DNA of 63,737 nucleotides, counting the filler, from an uncultured Methanosarcinales archaeon (GTDB lineage: Archaea > Nanobdellota > Nanobdellia > Woesearchaeales > UBA12501), in NCBI GenBank assembly GCA_964397315.1. It is 5 parts of 5 records of this genome, joined end to end, with 100 filler letters (N's around TTAATTAATTAA, not from the genome) between each part and the next. Parts side by side here need not be neighbours in the genome. Positions count along the whole stretch, not along the records: positions 1 to 15,769 come from CAYNHV010000028.1; 4 more parts are not named here. One strand, written 5' to 3'. A model generated the notes under the pieces. The model did not search any database. It was given only the letters and a program-made list of their open reading frames with translations, and was not told where the DNA came from. Shown here piece by piece: positions 1-10,067 of the stretch. The position numbers were made by a program, and so were the translations under genes. Within the stretch, counting starts at the first letter, position 1; each line of letters begins with the position of its first letter.

Positions 1-178
1 TTGTACTAAAGGATATAATTGATAAAAATCTAAGAATTATTAGCTATGCACATACTATAAACCGAAAGTTTTAAATATAAGCGAGAAATTTTATTTATAA
101 ATTTATTGTAATTGCATTATATATTCCAAAAGACTGTGGGTGGTTCAGGAAGATTATATAAACCTAGATGGTGATACT

Positions 179-1105
179 ATGTCAGGAGAATTTGTGAGAA
201 AATGCCCTGAGTGTGGCGGAATTAATCTGTTCTTTAACAAGGAGAAAGGGGAAGTCATCTGCAAGGACTGCGGCCTGGTTGTTGAGGAGAAGATGGTGGA
301 CTTTGACCAGGAGTGGAGGGAGTTTGAAAGTGACGATGGAGAGCTCAAGAGGAGGACAGGAGCTCCGATGACCTACACCCAGTACGACCAGGGCCTTGGA
401 ACAGAGGTCGGCCAGAAAGGCGACCTTTACAAGCTTGAAGGCAGCGACAAGAACAAGTTCTTCAGGCTCAGGAAGTGGCAGTACAGGATATCAACAGCAA
501 TTGAAAGGAACCTCAAGCTGGCTCTTGCAGAGCTGAAGAGAGTCTCATCATACCTGAAGCTTCCCAAGTCAGTTGAGGAAGAGGCTGCAAGGATATACAC
601 TCTTGCAGTGCAGAGAGGCCTTGTTAGGGGAAGGTCAATGGAGTCTGTTGTTGCAGGATCACTCTATGCAGCGTGCAGGAGGCATGACGTGCCGAGAACC
701 CTTGACGAGCTTTCAGAAGCGTCAGGCATTGACAAGAAAGAGGTTGGAAGGACATACAGGTTCATAACAAGAGAGCTTGGAATATCAATACTTCCGTCAA
801 ACCCTGCTGATTACATAGCAAGGTTCGCATCCTCGCTCAAGCTGAGCGCAGAGACGCAGTCAAGGGCGATTGAGATTCTTGAGAAGGCCCAGAAGGGAGA
901 GCTTACCTCTGGAAGGGGGCCGACAGGCATTGCCGCTGCAGCCCTTTACGTGTCAGCTCTCATTCACGGGGAGAAGAGGACGCAGAGAGAGGTTGCTGAT
1001 GTTGCGGGAGTCACAGAGGTGACCATAAGGAACAGGTACAAGGAGCTCCTTGACAGGCTGAAGCTTGAGAAGGAGATAAAGAAGACCAAGAAGAAGAGCG
1101 AGTGA
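179..1105 (+). CDS. tfb: Transcription initiation factor IIB
   Basis: Zn ribbon CPECG..CKDCG, EWREF, RRTGAP, two cyclin repeats, TQREVADVAGVTEVTIRNRYKEL; ATG 179 follows a GGTGAT SD (ORF track starts at GTG 140). Confidence 0.97.
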   Translation: MSGEFVRKCPECGGINLFFNKEKGEVICKDCGLVVEEKMVDFDQEWREFESDDGELKRRTGAPMTYTQYDQGLGTEVGQKGDLYKLEGSDKNKFFRLRKWQYRISTAIERNLKLALAELKRVSSYLKLPKSVEEEAARIYTLAVQRGLVRGRSMESVVAGSLYAACRRHDVPRTLDELSEASGIDKKEVGRTYRFITRELGISILPSNPADYIARFASSLKLSAETQSRAIEILEKAQKGELTSGRGPTGIAAAALYVSALIHGEKRTQREVADVAGVTEVTIRNRYKELLDRLKLEKEIKKTKKKSE

Positions 1106-1120
1106 GACAAGGCTGTTATG

Positions 1121-1429
1121 TCACAGCCTTTTCAGCACCTTGTCAAAATCAACAATCATGTTTTTCCTTATTCTTATTCCCTCTTTTTTCAGCAGCTCAA
1201 TCTTCTTTCTGCTTCCATGCGCGAAACCTCCCACTGAGCCGTCGCTTTTCACGACACGGTGGCACGGCACATTACCTCCTGACATAAAGCCGTGATGGTT
1301 CCTGTTCAGGGCATTGCCAACTGCCCTGTAAGCCTTAGTGCCGAGCTTTCTTGCAATCATGCCATATGTTGTCACTCTCCCTTCCGGCACTTTCTTTGCA
1401 AGATTCCAGACTTTTTCTTCAAATCCCAT
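1121..1429 (-). CDS. ogt: MGMT family O6-alkylguanine DNA alkyltransferase (C-terminal domain only)
   Basis: VPEGRVTTYG, RAVGNAL, active-site PCHRVV. Confidence 0.9.
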   Translation of the reverse strand: MGFEEKVWNLAKKVPEGRVTTYGMIARKLGTKAYRAVGNALNRNHHGFMSGGNVPCHRVVKSDGSVGGFAHGSRKKIELLKKEGIRIRKNMIVDFDKVLKRL

Positions 1430-1473
1430 GCAAAACCGCCAAATTTATATATCAAATAGTGCCCTCGGCCATT

Positions 1474-2016
1474 ATGGACAAACAGCCGGATGACATTCCT
1501 GAGTATGAGGGCATAAAGACCAGATACGTTCTTTATATAATTTTTGCTGTCACCGCCCTCCTTGTCGGGCTTGCAGTAATCAACGGCATAAAGCCAATAA
1601 CCTTTGCAGTCTACAACACGGACAAGGTTGATTACTATCTTGAGCACATGGACAAGGCCAGGGCAATGTACAATGAGGAGTCAGACAAGCTCCCCTCGCT
1701 CTTCAGGGTTGTCTTTGGGGATGAAAAGATAAACTCAACCCTTGTGAGGCAAAGAGGTGAGGAAATAAACCTCGCCATTGAGACAGACAACGGCAGGATA
1801 AAAAGCATAAACATGGGGGAGATGGCAGAGCCGACAATGCAGCTCAGGGTGAAAGAGGACACCCTCCTGAGGATCAGCGGGGCAGAGAATGCAGCTGACG
1901 AGCTTGAGGAAGCCCTTGACAATGGAGAGATAGATTACGAGACAGAAAGAGCAAGGTCTGCCGTGAAGATGGCTGCTGTCAGGGCAACAGTCCAGGTCTG
2001 GTCATGGTTCACTTAG
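1474..2016 (+). CDS. Hypothetical single-pass membrane protein, possible SCP2-like C-terminal domain
   Basis: ATG 1474 after TATA TTTATATA; one N-terminal TM helix; host-like codon usage. Confidence 0.65.
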   Translation: MDKQPDDIPEYEGIKTRYVLYIIFAVTALLVGLAVINGIKPITFAVYNTDKVDYYLEHMDKARAMYNEESDKLPSLFRVVFGDEKINSTLVRQRGEEINLAIETDNGRIKSINMGEMAEPTMQLRVKEDTLLRISGAENAADELEEALDNGEIDYETERARSAVKMAAVRATVQVWSWFT

Positions 2017-2019
2017 TTA

Positions 2020-2510
2020 TGCATTAATATGAGGGATAAGTTTCTGGTGGTTTTCATGACGTGCTTATATCTCCTGGTGCTTCTATGAAGTATAACAAGG
2101 TCATGCTTATTATTCCTGATACTTCCCGCTATTTAGAGAATTTGCTTGTGCTTATGATTCCAGATTCCTCCCACCCTTACTGCACAACCGCCTCACAGGT
2201 TTTTTCCTTACAAAACAGCACGACTCTCTGCTTCTGCCTCCAATAAGCCCACCCAATCATATGCTTAAAGCGCTCTGTGGAGTTGGTGCGATTAGCATAT
2301 GTGAGGGGGATGGAGGGTGGGAAAAATCAGTTTGTAATCGCGACAAGGGAGGGGGAGAACTCAGGAGGAATCCCCATTTTACAATGAGCAGTATCTTTAA
2401 CTCATAAACAGGCAGATGCAACATCTGGAGGATTTCCCTTTGTAAAACAAGCATCATTCTTAGATTTCTTAAACAAGGAAGGGCAGCACCTGAAGATTTA
2501 TTTCCCCTGT
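2020..2510 (+). repeat. Dispersed non-coding element, copy A (core plus two degenerate arrays)
   Basis: Core CTGCCTCCAATAAGCCCACCCAATCATATGCTTAAAGCGCTCTGTGGAGTTGGTGC recurs near 29.3, 36.3 and 42.3 kb; TGCTTAT..TCC units at 2062, 2104, 2149. Confidence 0.85.
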
Positions 2511-2531
2511 AATGCCTGCAACATAATATCC

Positions 2532-3692
2532 TCATGAAGAGCTTATAACTGATTTTATCTCTTCAAAGCTCTCTTCTGACATTTCTTTCTTGTAACTTGC
2601 CGCGAGTTTTCTCAGCTCTTCAGCCCTGATATTTATCTTTTCGCCTGTAATCTGCCTTAACTTCCGGCTTGTGACATACTGGCAGAACTGGGTTACATTG
2701 TGCGGTCTCTCTGTGTTCCTCGCTCTCTCAAAGTCAAGCAGCACAGGCTCTCCTGCCTTTGTCACGACAATATGCTTATGGGGATGGTGCATCTCCTCCT
2801 TGTTCACTCCCAGCACATCCATTGCCCTGCACTGCTCAAGCACTTTTTTCAGCACCCTCTTCAGATTACTCTTTCCTGCTCTGCCTGCGAATTCGGGCAG
2901 GAAATCTCCTTCAACAAACTCATACACCATAAAATCCCTGCCTGAGAACAGAAGTTTAGACCCTATTCCATGCATGTTGAGAGTCTTAAGCATCACTGAC
3001 TCATGCTCCACAGCGCCCCTTGCAGCTGTGTCCCTCCTCTGAACCTTGACTGCAATCCTCTTTCTGCCTTTAACTGCTGTGAATATTATGCCCCTGTGGC
3101 CTTTTGCAAATTTAATTATCCCTGCAAGGCCTTTTGACTCCAGCTCTTTCCTCAGCGCGGATTTTCTTATCAGGTATGTGTAGAGCTCTTCAAAGAAGAA
3201 CCTCTTTTTCTCCAGCTCCTCATGCTCCATGAGGCTGTCTTTTATGAACTCATTGACCTTCTCCTTTCTGGTGAGCGAGGAGAACACTATGAGAATGATT
3301 CCGTCTGCAGCGAGATAATCCCCTGCTTTCCTGAAGAACCGCTCCAGTGTCTCATAACCCTTCCTGCCCCCCTCAACAGTGATATCCTTTAGCTTGACAT
3401 TCTCAGGAAGGTATGGGGGGTTGAATATTATGGTGTCAAAGACACCCTTCACATTGCTGAAGAGGTCGCTCTGCGCAAAGCGTATCTTCTCCCCCCATTT
3501 CTTTCTTCTGCCCCCATCCACGACAGATTTCTGGATGTCAACAGCAAGAACGGACTTCACATTATGTTTCTCTGCCGCGGTTTCCGCGAGTATTCCCGAG
3601 CCGGTGCCCATATCAAGGACATTTCCGAAAGCGCGCTCCTTCACGTGCTTTGCAAGAAGGTAAGAGTCCTCTCTGGGATGGTATAATGCCAT
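2532..3692 (-). CDS. HemK2/Mtq2-like SAM methyltransferase fused to an archaeal Ser/Thr kinase-like domain
   Basis: YHPREDSYLL, LDMGTGSG, NPPY in the N-terminal half; KGHRG, IAVK, EEMHHPHKHI, LDFER in the C-terminal half. Confidence 0.85.
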   Translation of the reverse strand: MALYHPREDSYLLAKHVKERAFGNVLDMGTGSGILAETAAEKHNVKSVLAVDIQKSVVDGGRRKKWGEKIRFAQSDLFSNVKGVFDTIIFNPPYLPENVKLKDITVEGGRKGYETLERFFRKAGDYLAADGIILIVFSSLTRKEKVNEFIKDSLMEHEELEKKRFFFEELYTYLIRKSALRKELESKGLAGIIKFAKGHRGIIFTAVKGRKRIAVKVQRRDTAARGAVEHESVMLKTLNMHGIGSKLLFSGRDFMVYEFVEGDFLPEFAGRAGKSNLKRVLKKVLEQCRAMDVLGVNKEEMHHPHKHIVVTKAGEPVLLDFERARNTERPHNVTQFCQYVTSRKLRQITGEKINIRAEELRKLAASYKKEMSEESFEEIKSVISSS

Positions 3693-3734
3693 GCGCCTGA
3701 AGATAAGACAGGGTTATATAAATATTGCCACAGC

Positions 3735-4211
3735 TCAGAGCAGCTCCACATCCTCCCTGTCAAAGGATCTCTCGCAGTAGTGGCATTTCACAGAAAGAGG
3801 ATTCCTGCTCTCTGTTTTGAACAATGATCTCATGTCATAATTCCTTGTCACGCACCTGGGGTTGGGGCATCTTACAAGGTTTAGGAATCTTTGCGGAATG
3901 CTTATCTTCAGCTTTTCAGAAACAGCCCCCTTACTTATTATGTTGATTGAGGCGTCAGGGGCTATGAGTGATATCTTGTTCAGCTCGTCTCTTGTCAGCT
4001 TCTTGTTCTCCACCTTAACAACATCCTTCTTGCCCATCTTGGTGCTGTCAAGGTTCATCCCGGTTGTTATTATGCCCTCCCCCATGTTGTCAGCCACGCC
4101 CAGCACGCTTATTACAGAGAGGGATTTTCCAGCGGGTATGTGGTCCACCACAACGCCTTCCTCAATCCTGAATACCTTGTAAGGCCTGTCTTTCATCTTC
4201 CTCCCTGTCAT
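3735..4211 (-). CDS. pyrI: Aspartate carbamoyltransferase regulatory subunit
   Basis: IEEGVVVDHIPAG, KKDVVKVE, CPNPRC..CHYC. Confidence 0.95.
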   Translation of the reverse strand: MTGRKMKDRPYKVFRIEEGVVVDHIPAGKSLSVISVLGVADNMGEGIITTGMNLDSTKMGKKDVVKVENKKLTRDELNKISLIAPDASINIISKGAVSEKLKISIPQRFLNLVRCPNPRCVTRNYDMRSLFKTESRNPLSVKCHYCERSFDREDVELL

Positions 4212-5149
4212 CTCATCACCCCCATGACCAGGCTGAGCAGCGCCTGCCTTACAGGAACGCCGTTGGCTGACTGCTCAAAATAATATGCATAAGGAGTGTC
4301 ATCAATGCTCTTGTCTATCTCATTCACCCTTGGCAGGGGATGCATTATCATAAGGTTCTTCTTTACCTTGCCGAGCATTCCTTTTGTGAGTATGTAGACA
4401 TCCCTCACCTTCTCATACTCTGTCTCGTCAGGGAACCTTTCCTTCTGTATTCTTGTGGAGTAGAACACATCAACATCATTTATGACCTCCCCTATCTTCT
4501 CATGCTCTGAGAATTCAATGCCCTTCTTTGACAGCATCTTAAGGTAATGGGGGGGCATCTTAAGAGATGGCGGCGAGACAAAGTACAGCCTGCAGTTGAA
4601 GTGGCTTAGCGCAGTTGCGAGCGAATGCACGGTCCTGCCATATTTAAGGTCTCCGCACAATGCCACCTTCAGGCCTGACAGCTTTCCCTGCACTTTCTTT
4701 ATTGAGTAAAGGTCAAGAAGCGTCTGCGTTGGATGCTGGTTCGCGCCATCCCCTCCGTTTATCACAGGCTTTTCTGTTGACTCTGCAGCAAGCCTTGCAG
4801 AGCCCTCTAGTGGATGCCTCATTACAATGACATCAGAGTATCTCTCAACAATCTTCACAGTGTCATACAATGTCTCTCCCTTGACAAGGGAGCTTGTGCC
4901 GGGGTCGGAAAATCCAATCACCTTCCCCCCAAGCCTTCTCATCGCGCTCTCAAAGCTGAGTCTTGTTCTTGTGCTGGGCTCAAAGAATATGGATGCCATC
5001 ACAAAGCCTTTTAGGAGCCCGTCTTTCTTTTTCCTGCTCATTGACTCTATCTTTCTGGCTGTCTCAAGAATATGCAATATTCCTCTCTTGTTAAGGTCAT
5101 TTATAGAAATAATTGACTTTCCCCTGAACTCAGGCTTGTCCCCAACCAT
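4208..5149 (-). CDS. pyrB: Aspartate carbamoyltransferase catalytic subunit
   Basis: FFEPSTRTRLSFE, HPTQTLLD, GDLKYGRTVHSL, HPLPR. Confidence 0.97.
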   Translation of the reverse strand: MVGDKPEFRGKSIISINDLNKRGILHILETARKIESMSRKKKDGLLKGFVMASIFFEPSTRTRLSFESAMRRLGGKVIGFSDPGTSSLVKGETLYDTVKIVERYSDVIVMRHPLEGSARLAAESTEKPVINGGDGANQHPTQTLLDLYSIKKVQGKLSGLKVALCGDLKYGRTVHSLATALSHFNCRLYFVSPPSLKMPPHYLKMLSKKGIEFSEHEKIGEVINDVDVFYSTRIQKERFPDETEYEKVRDVYILTKGMLGKVKKNLMIMHPLPRVNEIDKSIDDTPYAYYFEQSANGVPVRQALLSLVMGVMR

Positions 5150-5191
5150 ATTAAAAAATTAAGGAATACAGCGTCATTTAAATAGCTTTCG

Positions 5192-6052
5192 CTATTGCCC
5201 TGCTTTTTTCCACTCTCCCGCAATCTCCCTGTTCAGCCTTTTCACCTCTCTTGCTGCAGCGCCTGCAAAGTCATCTGTATTCTCTTTCTGGTGCGCGTAG
5301 ATTATTCCCCTTGAGGAGTTTATCCTGTGCATTGGCATCTCACTGCCTGAGCTGAGCAGTGACCTCACGACCTCAGCTGCGCTTCCTCCCTGGGCTCCAA
5401 CACCAGGTATGAGCAGGGGCACCCTCCTGCCTGAGCCTGTAAAGTATTCTGCTATGCTCTCAAGCTCTCCGGGGTACGTGGCTCCCACAACAGCTCCTGT
5501 CCCCTCCTGGTGCCACTCCACAATCCTTTTTGCTGTCTCCATGTAGACAGGATTCCCGTCAACCTTGAGGTCCTGGATGTCACCAGCTCCCTTGTTTGAC
5601 GTCCTGTTAAGGATGTAAACTCCCTTTCCGCTTTTGCAGTATTCAATGAACGGCCCGACTGAGTCAGAGCCCATGTACGGAGCTACAGTCACTGCATCCG
5701 CCTCAAGGAAGTCAAACACTGATCTTGCATATGCTTTTGACGTGTTTCCTATGTCAGCCCTCTTTGCATCAAGTATGACAGGATAGCCTCTCTTCCTGCT
5801 GTCATCAATCACTCTCTTGAGCGCTTTGATTCCCTCAATGCCGTACTGCTCGTAGAATGCTGAGTTAGGCTTTATTGCGCCGGGCCTGCAGCCCTCTTCC
5901 TCAAATGCGTCAAGTATTGCAGAGAAGAATTCAGGTATCACATCTCCGGGCTCTCCCTTGATAGGGATTTTCTCAATGTCAGGGTCAAAGCCTGCGCATA
6001 CTATGCTGCTGTTCTCTTCAGCTGCTTTTACGAGCTTTTCTGTGAAGTTCAT
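5192..6052 (-). CDS. pyrF: Orotidine-5'-phosphate decarboxylase (type 2)
   Basis: GFDP, LDAKRADIGNT, GAVVGATYP, LIPGVGAQGG, NSSRGII. Confidence 0.95.
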   Translation of the reverse strand: MNFTEKLVKAAEENSSIVCAGFDPDIEKIPIKGEPGDVIPEFFSAILDAFEEEGCRPGAIKPNSAFYEQYGIEGIKALKRVIDDSRKRGYPVILDAKRADIGNTSKAYARSVFDFLEADAVTVAPYMGSDSVGPFIEYCKSGKGVYILNRTSNKGAGDIQDLKVDGNPVYMETAKRIVEWHQEGTGAVVGATYPGELESIAEYFTGSGRRVPLLIPGVGAQGGSAAEVVRSLLSSGSEMPMHRINSSRGIIYAHQKENTDDFAGAAAREVKRLNREIAGEWKKAGQ

Positions 6053-6068
6053 TATGCTTATGCCTGCT

Positions 6069-6755
6069 CTATTCTGCCTTCTGCATTACGCTTATCTGCT
6101 CAACAGAGTGCTCATTAAGGTTCTTCTGCACTTTTGACATAAGACCCTTTGAGAGGTCTGCCTCTTTTGCAGCCATTGGCAGCAGGGTTTTTGCGTCAGA
6201 GAGCCAGTGATAATCAATTCCGAATGTGTTCTTTATGTACTCTGCGACGCTCATTCCATCATCCCTTCTCTCAAGCCTGTTTATAAGGGCCACTACAGCA
6301 ACAACCTCTGCCTTTGCCTCTGCAAGGTATTCAAGCTGGCTTATCACAGAGCCGCCTGTTGTTGTCACGTCCTCAAGCACAACAACCTTGTCCCCCTCTT
6401 CCACCGGGCCTATGAAGTACTTGTCCCTTGCATCACCATGCTCTTTTGGCTTCTCTCTCCCAATTATCATCTTCTGCTCAGGCCTGCCTGCTCCCAGCTT
6501 GTAATTGACAGCAATGCCGAGCTTTGTTGCTCCTGCAGGAACGCCATAAACATAGTCAAATTCAATCCCTCTTCCCTTCAGGTAATCAGTAACAAACTCC
6601 GCTGTCCTGTTAAGCAGGCCGTATGTGTCAGAGAGCACCCTGCAGTTGGCGTACCAGTGGGAGAGCCTGCCTGACTTTAGCTTGAAGGGCTCTTCTTTTA
6701 TGCCCACCACATTGTTGTCCAGAACAAACCTGTTGAACTCATCTTTTTTGAACAT
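6069..6755 (-). CDS. pyrE: Orotate phosphoribosyltransferase
   Basis: FKLKSGRLS, REKPKEHG, PRPP motif VVLEDVTTTGGS; pyr context. Confidence 0.9.
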   Translation of the reverse strand: MFKKDEFNRFVLDNNVVGIKEEPFKLKSGRLSHWYANCRVLSDTYGLLNRTAEFVTDYLKGRGIEFDYVYGVPAGATKLGIAVNYKLGAGRPEQKMIIGREKPKEHGDARDKYFIGPVEEGDKVVVLEDVTTTGGSVISQLEYLAEAKAEVVAVVALINRLERRDDGMSVAEYIKNTFGIDYHWLSDAKTLLPMAAKEADLSKGLMSKVQKNLNEHSVEQISVMQKAE

Positions 6756-6775
6756 TGTATCACTCTCTTGTTTTT

Positions 6776-7385
6776 TTATTGTTGCTCTTGATACTCCTGG
6801 GGTTGCATGCAGTATCCCTTGATGATTTCCTCAGCAGCCTGGATTGCGCTGTTCGGCTCTCCTGTGTCAATCATATGCTCTATTGTCATTTCCATGCACT
6901 TCTGAAGCCCTTCTATTGCTCCTGTATTGCTTGGATCTGTATTAACTGCTGATAAATACAATGCTGTTGCAGCGGGCACGTCTCCTTCTCTCATATGTTG
7001 TGTTGCAGCCCTGGCTGCTTCTCTCGCAGATACCTTCCGGCTGTAAGAACCTCTCAAGTTTTCTGTTCCGCATTCTATCTCAATCCCTGCCAGGGTCTCT
7101 TCTATGTGTTCCCCCTCATCTTTGGCGCCTGACTTGATCTTTTGCTCTAACAATGACACAAGAGTCCCATACTTCATGAATTTCAGCTCCCTGTTTCCGG
7201 GAATCTCCTTCATGGCCATCTCATAAGCCAGAACTGCGGACTCATAATCTTCCTCAAGCAGGAGCTCTGCTGCTGCATCAAGATAAGGCGCTATTTCCCT
7301 GACTCTTGAGTCAAAGGGGTGGATTTCATCAATAGGCACTTCTTGTGCTTTTTCTTCCGGATCTTTTCTCTCCATGTCCCCCATA
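6776..7385 (-). CDS. Hypothetical helical (TPR-like) protein inside the pyr cluster
   Basis: Acidic helical ORF with TPR-like AVLAYEMAMKEIPGN and ALYLSAVNTDPSN; start approximate (ORF track 7441). Confidence 0.6.
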
Positions 7386-8588
7386 CTACCCCCTGAACAC
7401 TGCTTCCTTGCCTTTGTGTTTATAAAGCTTGCCCCTGTCAAACACCACTCTGCCTCTTGATATCGTGGTTACAGGCCAGCCTTTCAGCTTCCATCCATTG
7501 AAGGGGCTCCACCCGCATCTTGTCCGCAGCTCCTCATTGTTCACCTCTTTCTTCATGCTCATGTCAACTATTACAAGGTCAGCGTCAAAGCCGGGAGCTA
7601 TTCTTCCCTTATTCCTTATCCCGAATATGCCTGCAGGGTTTGCTGATGTCAGATCAACAGTTTTTTTCAGGCTCAGCTTTCTCCTGTTAACTGCGTCAAG
7701 CAGCAGGGGCAGTAAAGTCTCAACACCAGGGACCCCTCCAGGAGGGTCCTCTCTTCTCTTCTCCTCTTCAGTGTGGGGAGCGTGGTCAGAGCCTATTGTG
7801 TCAATGATTCCATCCTCTATGGCCTTCCAAAGAGCATTCTGGTCGCTCTTTTTCTTCAGGGAGGGGAACATCTTTGCAAATCCTTTCTGCTTTTTGAAGT
7901 CCTTTTCTGTGAGAAAAAGATGGTGCGGTGTTGCTTCAGCATATATGCCTGGGAACTTCTCTCTCCTGAGAAATTCCACCTCGCTCTTCTGCGAGAGATG
8001 GCACAGGTAGAGCCTTCTTGCTGTCTTCTTTGCGTAGTGCACTGCCTCTCCGACTTTCTCACCCTCTGCGTGGACAGCAACTATCTTTGATGATCTGAAT
8101 GCCTTTTCTATTGATGCGCTGTCTTTCAGCATCATCTTTCCTGTTGAGAGGTTCATGAATATCTTTGTTGAGGGAATGTTCATGCGCGATGCCTTCCTTA
8201 TCTCCTTTGCATTATCTTCAGCAGCCCCGAAGTGCAGGCCGTAATCAATTATGCTCTTCCCTGCAAGAAGCTTCTTCTCCTCAAGGCATTCAGCAGAGAT
8301 GGTGGGCGGGATCGTGTTTGGCATGTCAAGGAATGTTGTTATCCCTCCTGCTGCAGCTGCCATGCTTCCTGTGCGGAAATCCTCCTTGTAAGTGAGCCCT
8401 GGCTCGCGGAAGTGCACGTGAGGGTCAATGACTCCCGGAAGGACAAATTTCTCGCCTGCATCAAGGACCTTCTCCGCTTTCACCGGCCTTTCGCTTATCC
8501 TCTTTATCTTCTCCCCTGACACAAGAATGTGCCTTATGACCTCATCATCGCCTGAGAGGAGCCTGCAGTTCTTTATGAGCATGCTCAT
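7386..8588 (-). CDS. pyrC: Dihydroorotase
   Basis: PGVIDPHVHFREPG, DMPNT, EATPHHL, SDHAPH. Confidence 0.95.
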   Translation of the reverse strand: MSMLIKNCRLLSGDDEVIRHILVSGEKIKRISERPVKAEKVLDAGEKFVLPGVIDPHVHFREPGLTYKEDFRTGSMAAAAGGITTFLDMPNTIPPTISAECLEEKKLLAGKSIIDYGLHFGAAEDNAKEIRKASRMNIPSTKIFMNLSTGKMMLKDSASIEKAFRSSKIVAVHAEGEKVGEAVHYAKKTARRLYLCHLSQKSEVEFLRREKFPGIYAEATPHHLFLTEKDFKKQKGFAKMFPSLKKKSDQNALWKAIEDGIIDTIGSDHAPHTEEEKRREDPPGGVPGVETLLPLLLDAVNRRKLSLKKTVDLTSANPAGIFGIRNKGRIAPGFDADLVIVDMSMKKEVNNEELRTRCGWSPFNGWKLKGWPVTTISRGRVVFDRGKLYKHKGKEAVFRG

Positions 8589-9403
8589 GATTTCCCTCCC
8601 AGATGGGTTTTCTTTCCTGCGCTGTCGCGCTTGTACTTGTTGAACTCAAAAATCCTCTTTGCCCTGCTCTTGCTGAACACAGGGCCTTCCCTGCAAACCC
8701 TCTCCCCTGTGTTGTCAACACAGCACTGGCCGCATATGCCGAACCCGCACTTCATGTGCCTTTCCAGGCTTATCTCGCAGTCAATGCTGCGCATGTCGCA
8801 CAGGTCAATTGTTTTCTTCATCATCACCTCAGGGCCGCAGGCGTAAGCCATGCTTATTCCCTTGTTTTTCTCAAGGATGTCTTTCAGCAGGTCTGTTGCA
8901 AATCCTTTTACTCCTGCGCTTCCGTCATCAGTGGCTATGTGGAACTTAACCCCTGCCTTCTCCATCCTCTCCCTAAACAGCACATAGTCAACAGTCCTCG
9001 CGCCGACTATGAAATGCACCTTTGCTTTTTTCTTCCTGAGCTCGTTTGCGAGGAATGCCAATGGGGCGGTGCCGCAGCCCCCGCCCACAATGGCAGTGCG
9101 ACCTCTTTTTAGAGTGAATCCCCTTCCGTAGGGCCCTCTTATCCCCACTTTATCCCCTGCCTTCATCCTGTTGAGCTTTCTTGAGAAAGGGCCTACTGCA
9201 AAGACTGTTATGCCGAATTTCTCGTCATCCTGATAGCTGACTGAGAACGGCTTCTCATCCAATCCAGGAATCCAGACATTGACGAACTGGCCGGGCCTTG
9301 CATTCAGGGGCTTGCTGAGTATGAAAGTCCTTATGTCCCTGGCCTCCTCAACCACCTTCTCTATCCTCAGGACTTTGGGCTGTTCTGTTATCTTGCCTGT
9401 CAT
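8585..9403 (-). CDS. pyrK: Dihydroorotate dehydrogenase electron transfer subunit
   Basis: RGPYGRGF, GGGCGTAP, CGPEVMM, MKCGFGICGQC 2Fe-2S motif. Confidence 0.95.
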   Translation of the reverse strand: MTGKITEQPKVLRIEKVVEEARDIRTFILSKPLNARPGQFVNVWIPGLDEKPFSVSYQDDEKFGITVFAVGPFSRKLNRMKAGDKVGIRGPYGRGFTLKRGRTAIVGGGCGTAPLAFLANELRKKKAKVHFIVGARTVDYVLFRERMEKAGVKFHIATDDGSAGVKGFATDLLKDILEKNKGISMAYACGPEVMMKKTIDLCDMRSIDCEISLERHMKCGFGICGQCCVDNTGERVCREGPVFSKSRAKRIFEFNKYKRDSAGKKTHLGGKS

Positions 9404-9404
9404 C

Positions 9405-10067
9405 TTATTCCTTCTTCCTTGCTAATACTGCAAGCTCGTGCAGTTCATATCCGAAAAAATCGCCCTCCTTCGGCTCGTGAACAGCCGAGTTTAGGGCGAG
9501 GATTTCAAAATTTGAAATATAGCTTTCCAGCTCTTCTCTGCTGAAAAAGTGGTGCGGCATCTTTCCGTCCGGCATCCTTGGGGTGTTGATGAATGTGTGG
9601 GGTTCGATCTCTTCTCCTTTGCCGTAAAAGGGGTGTGTTCTTGAGATTGTTCTTAAGAACAATAAACCTCCCTCTTTCAGCGTCCTTTCAAGAGCGGAAA
9701 TCGCTCTTTTTCTCTGCCTCTCTTTCATGTGCTGGACTATGTGAATGCTAAGGGCGGCATCAAAAAATCCGTCCTCATAGGGGATTTGGGAGGCATCCGA
9801 ATTAACAAATTCAACATTGTCCATCCCCCTTGCGGCCGCCTGCGCCTCCCTTAAAGCAGCTGCTGAACTGTCCAGCCCGACAGCATAAAAACCCTCCTGC
9901 GCTAGATACAGGGTGTGCCTTCCTGTGCCGCAGCCCAGGTCTATTATCCTCTCCACCCCCTCATCTCTCAAGACGGGGACAAGGTGTGTCACCTGTTCGC
10001 TTGCTCCGGCCTGTACAGCGCCTTTTTTCTTATATATCTCATCCCATGTTCCTGTTTTGTCATCCAT
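9405..10067 (-). CDS. Class I SAM-dependent methyltransferase
   Basis: IDLGCGTGRH motif I, FFDAAL, LKEGGLL. Confidence 0.85.
   Translation of the reverse strand: MDDKTGTWDEIYKKKGAVQAGASEQVTHLVPVLRDEGVERIIDLGCGTGRHTLYLAQEGFYAVGLDSSAAALREAQAAARGMDNVEFVNSDASQIPYEDGFFDAALSIHIVQHMKERQRKRAISALERTLKEGGLLFLRTISRTHPFYGKGEEIEPHTFINTPRMPDGKMPHHFFSREELESYISNFEILALNSAVHEPKEGDFFGYELHELAVLARKKE

Noticed and set aside
2061..2535. ORFs 2061-2246, 2257-2535, 36115-36333 and 36340-36531 as genes
   Set aside because: They overlap the dispersed element and their frames are not conserved between copies
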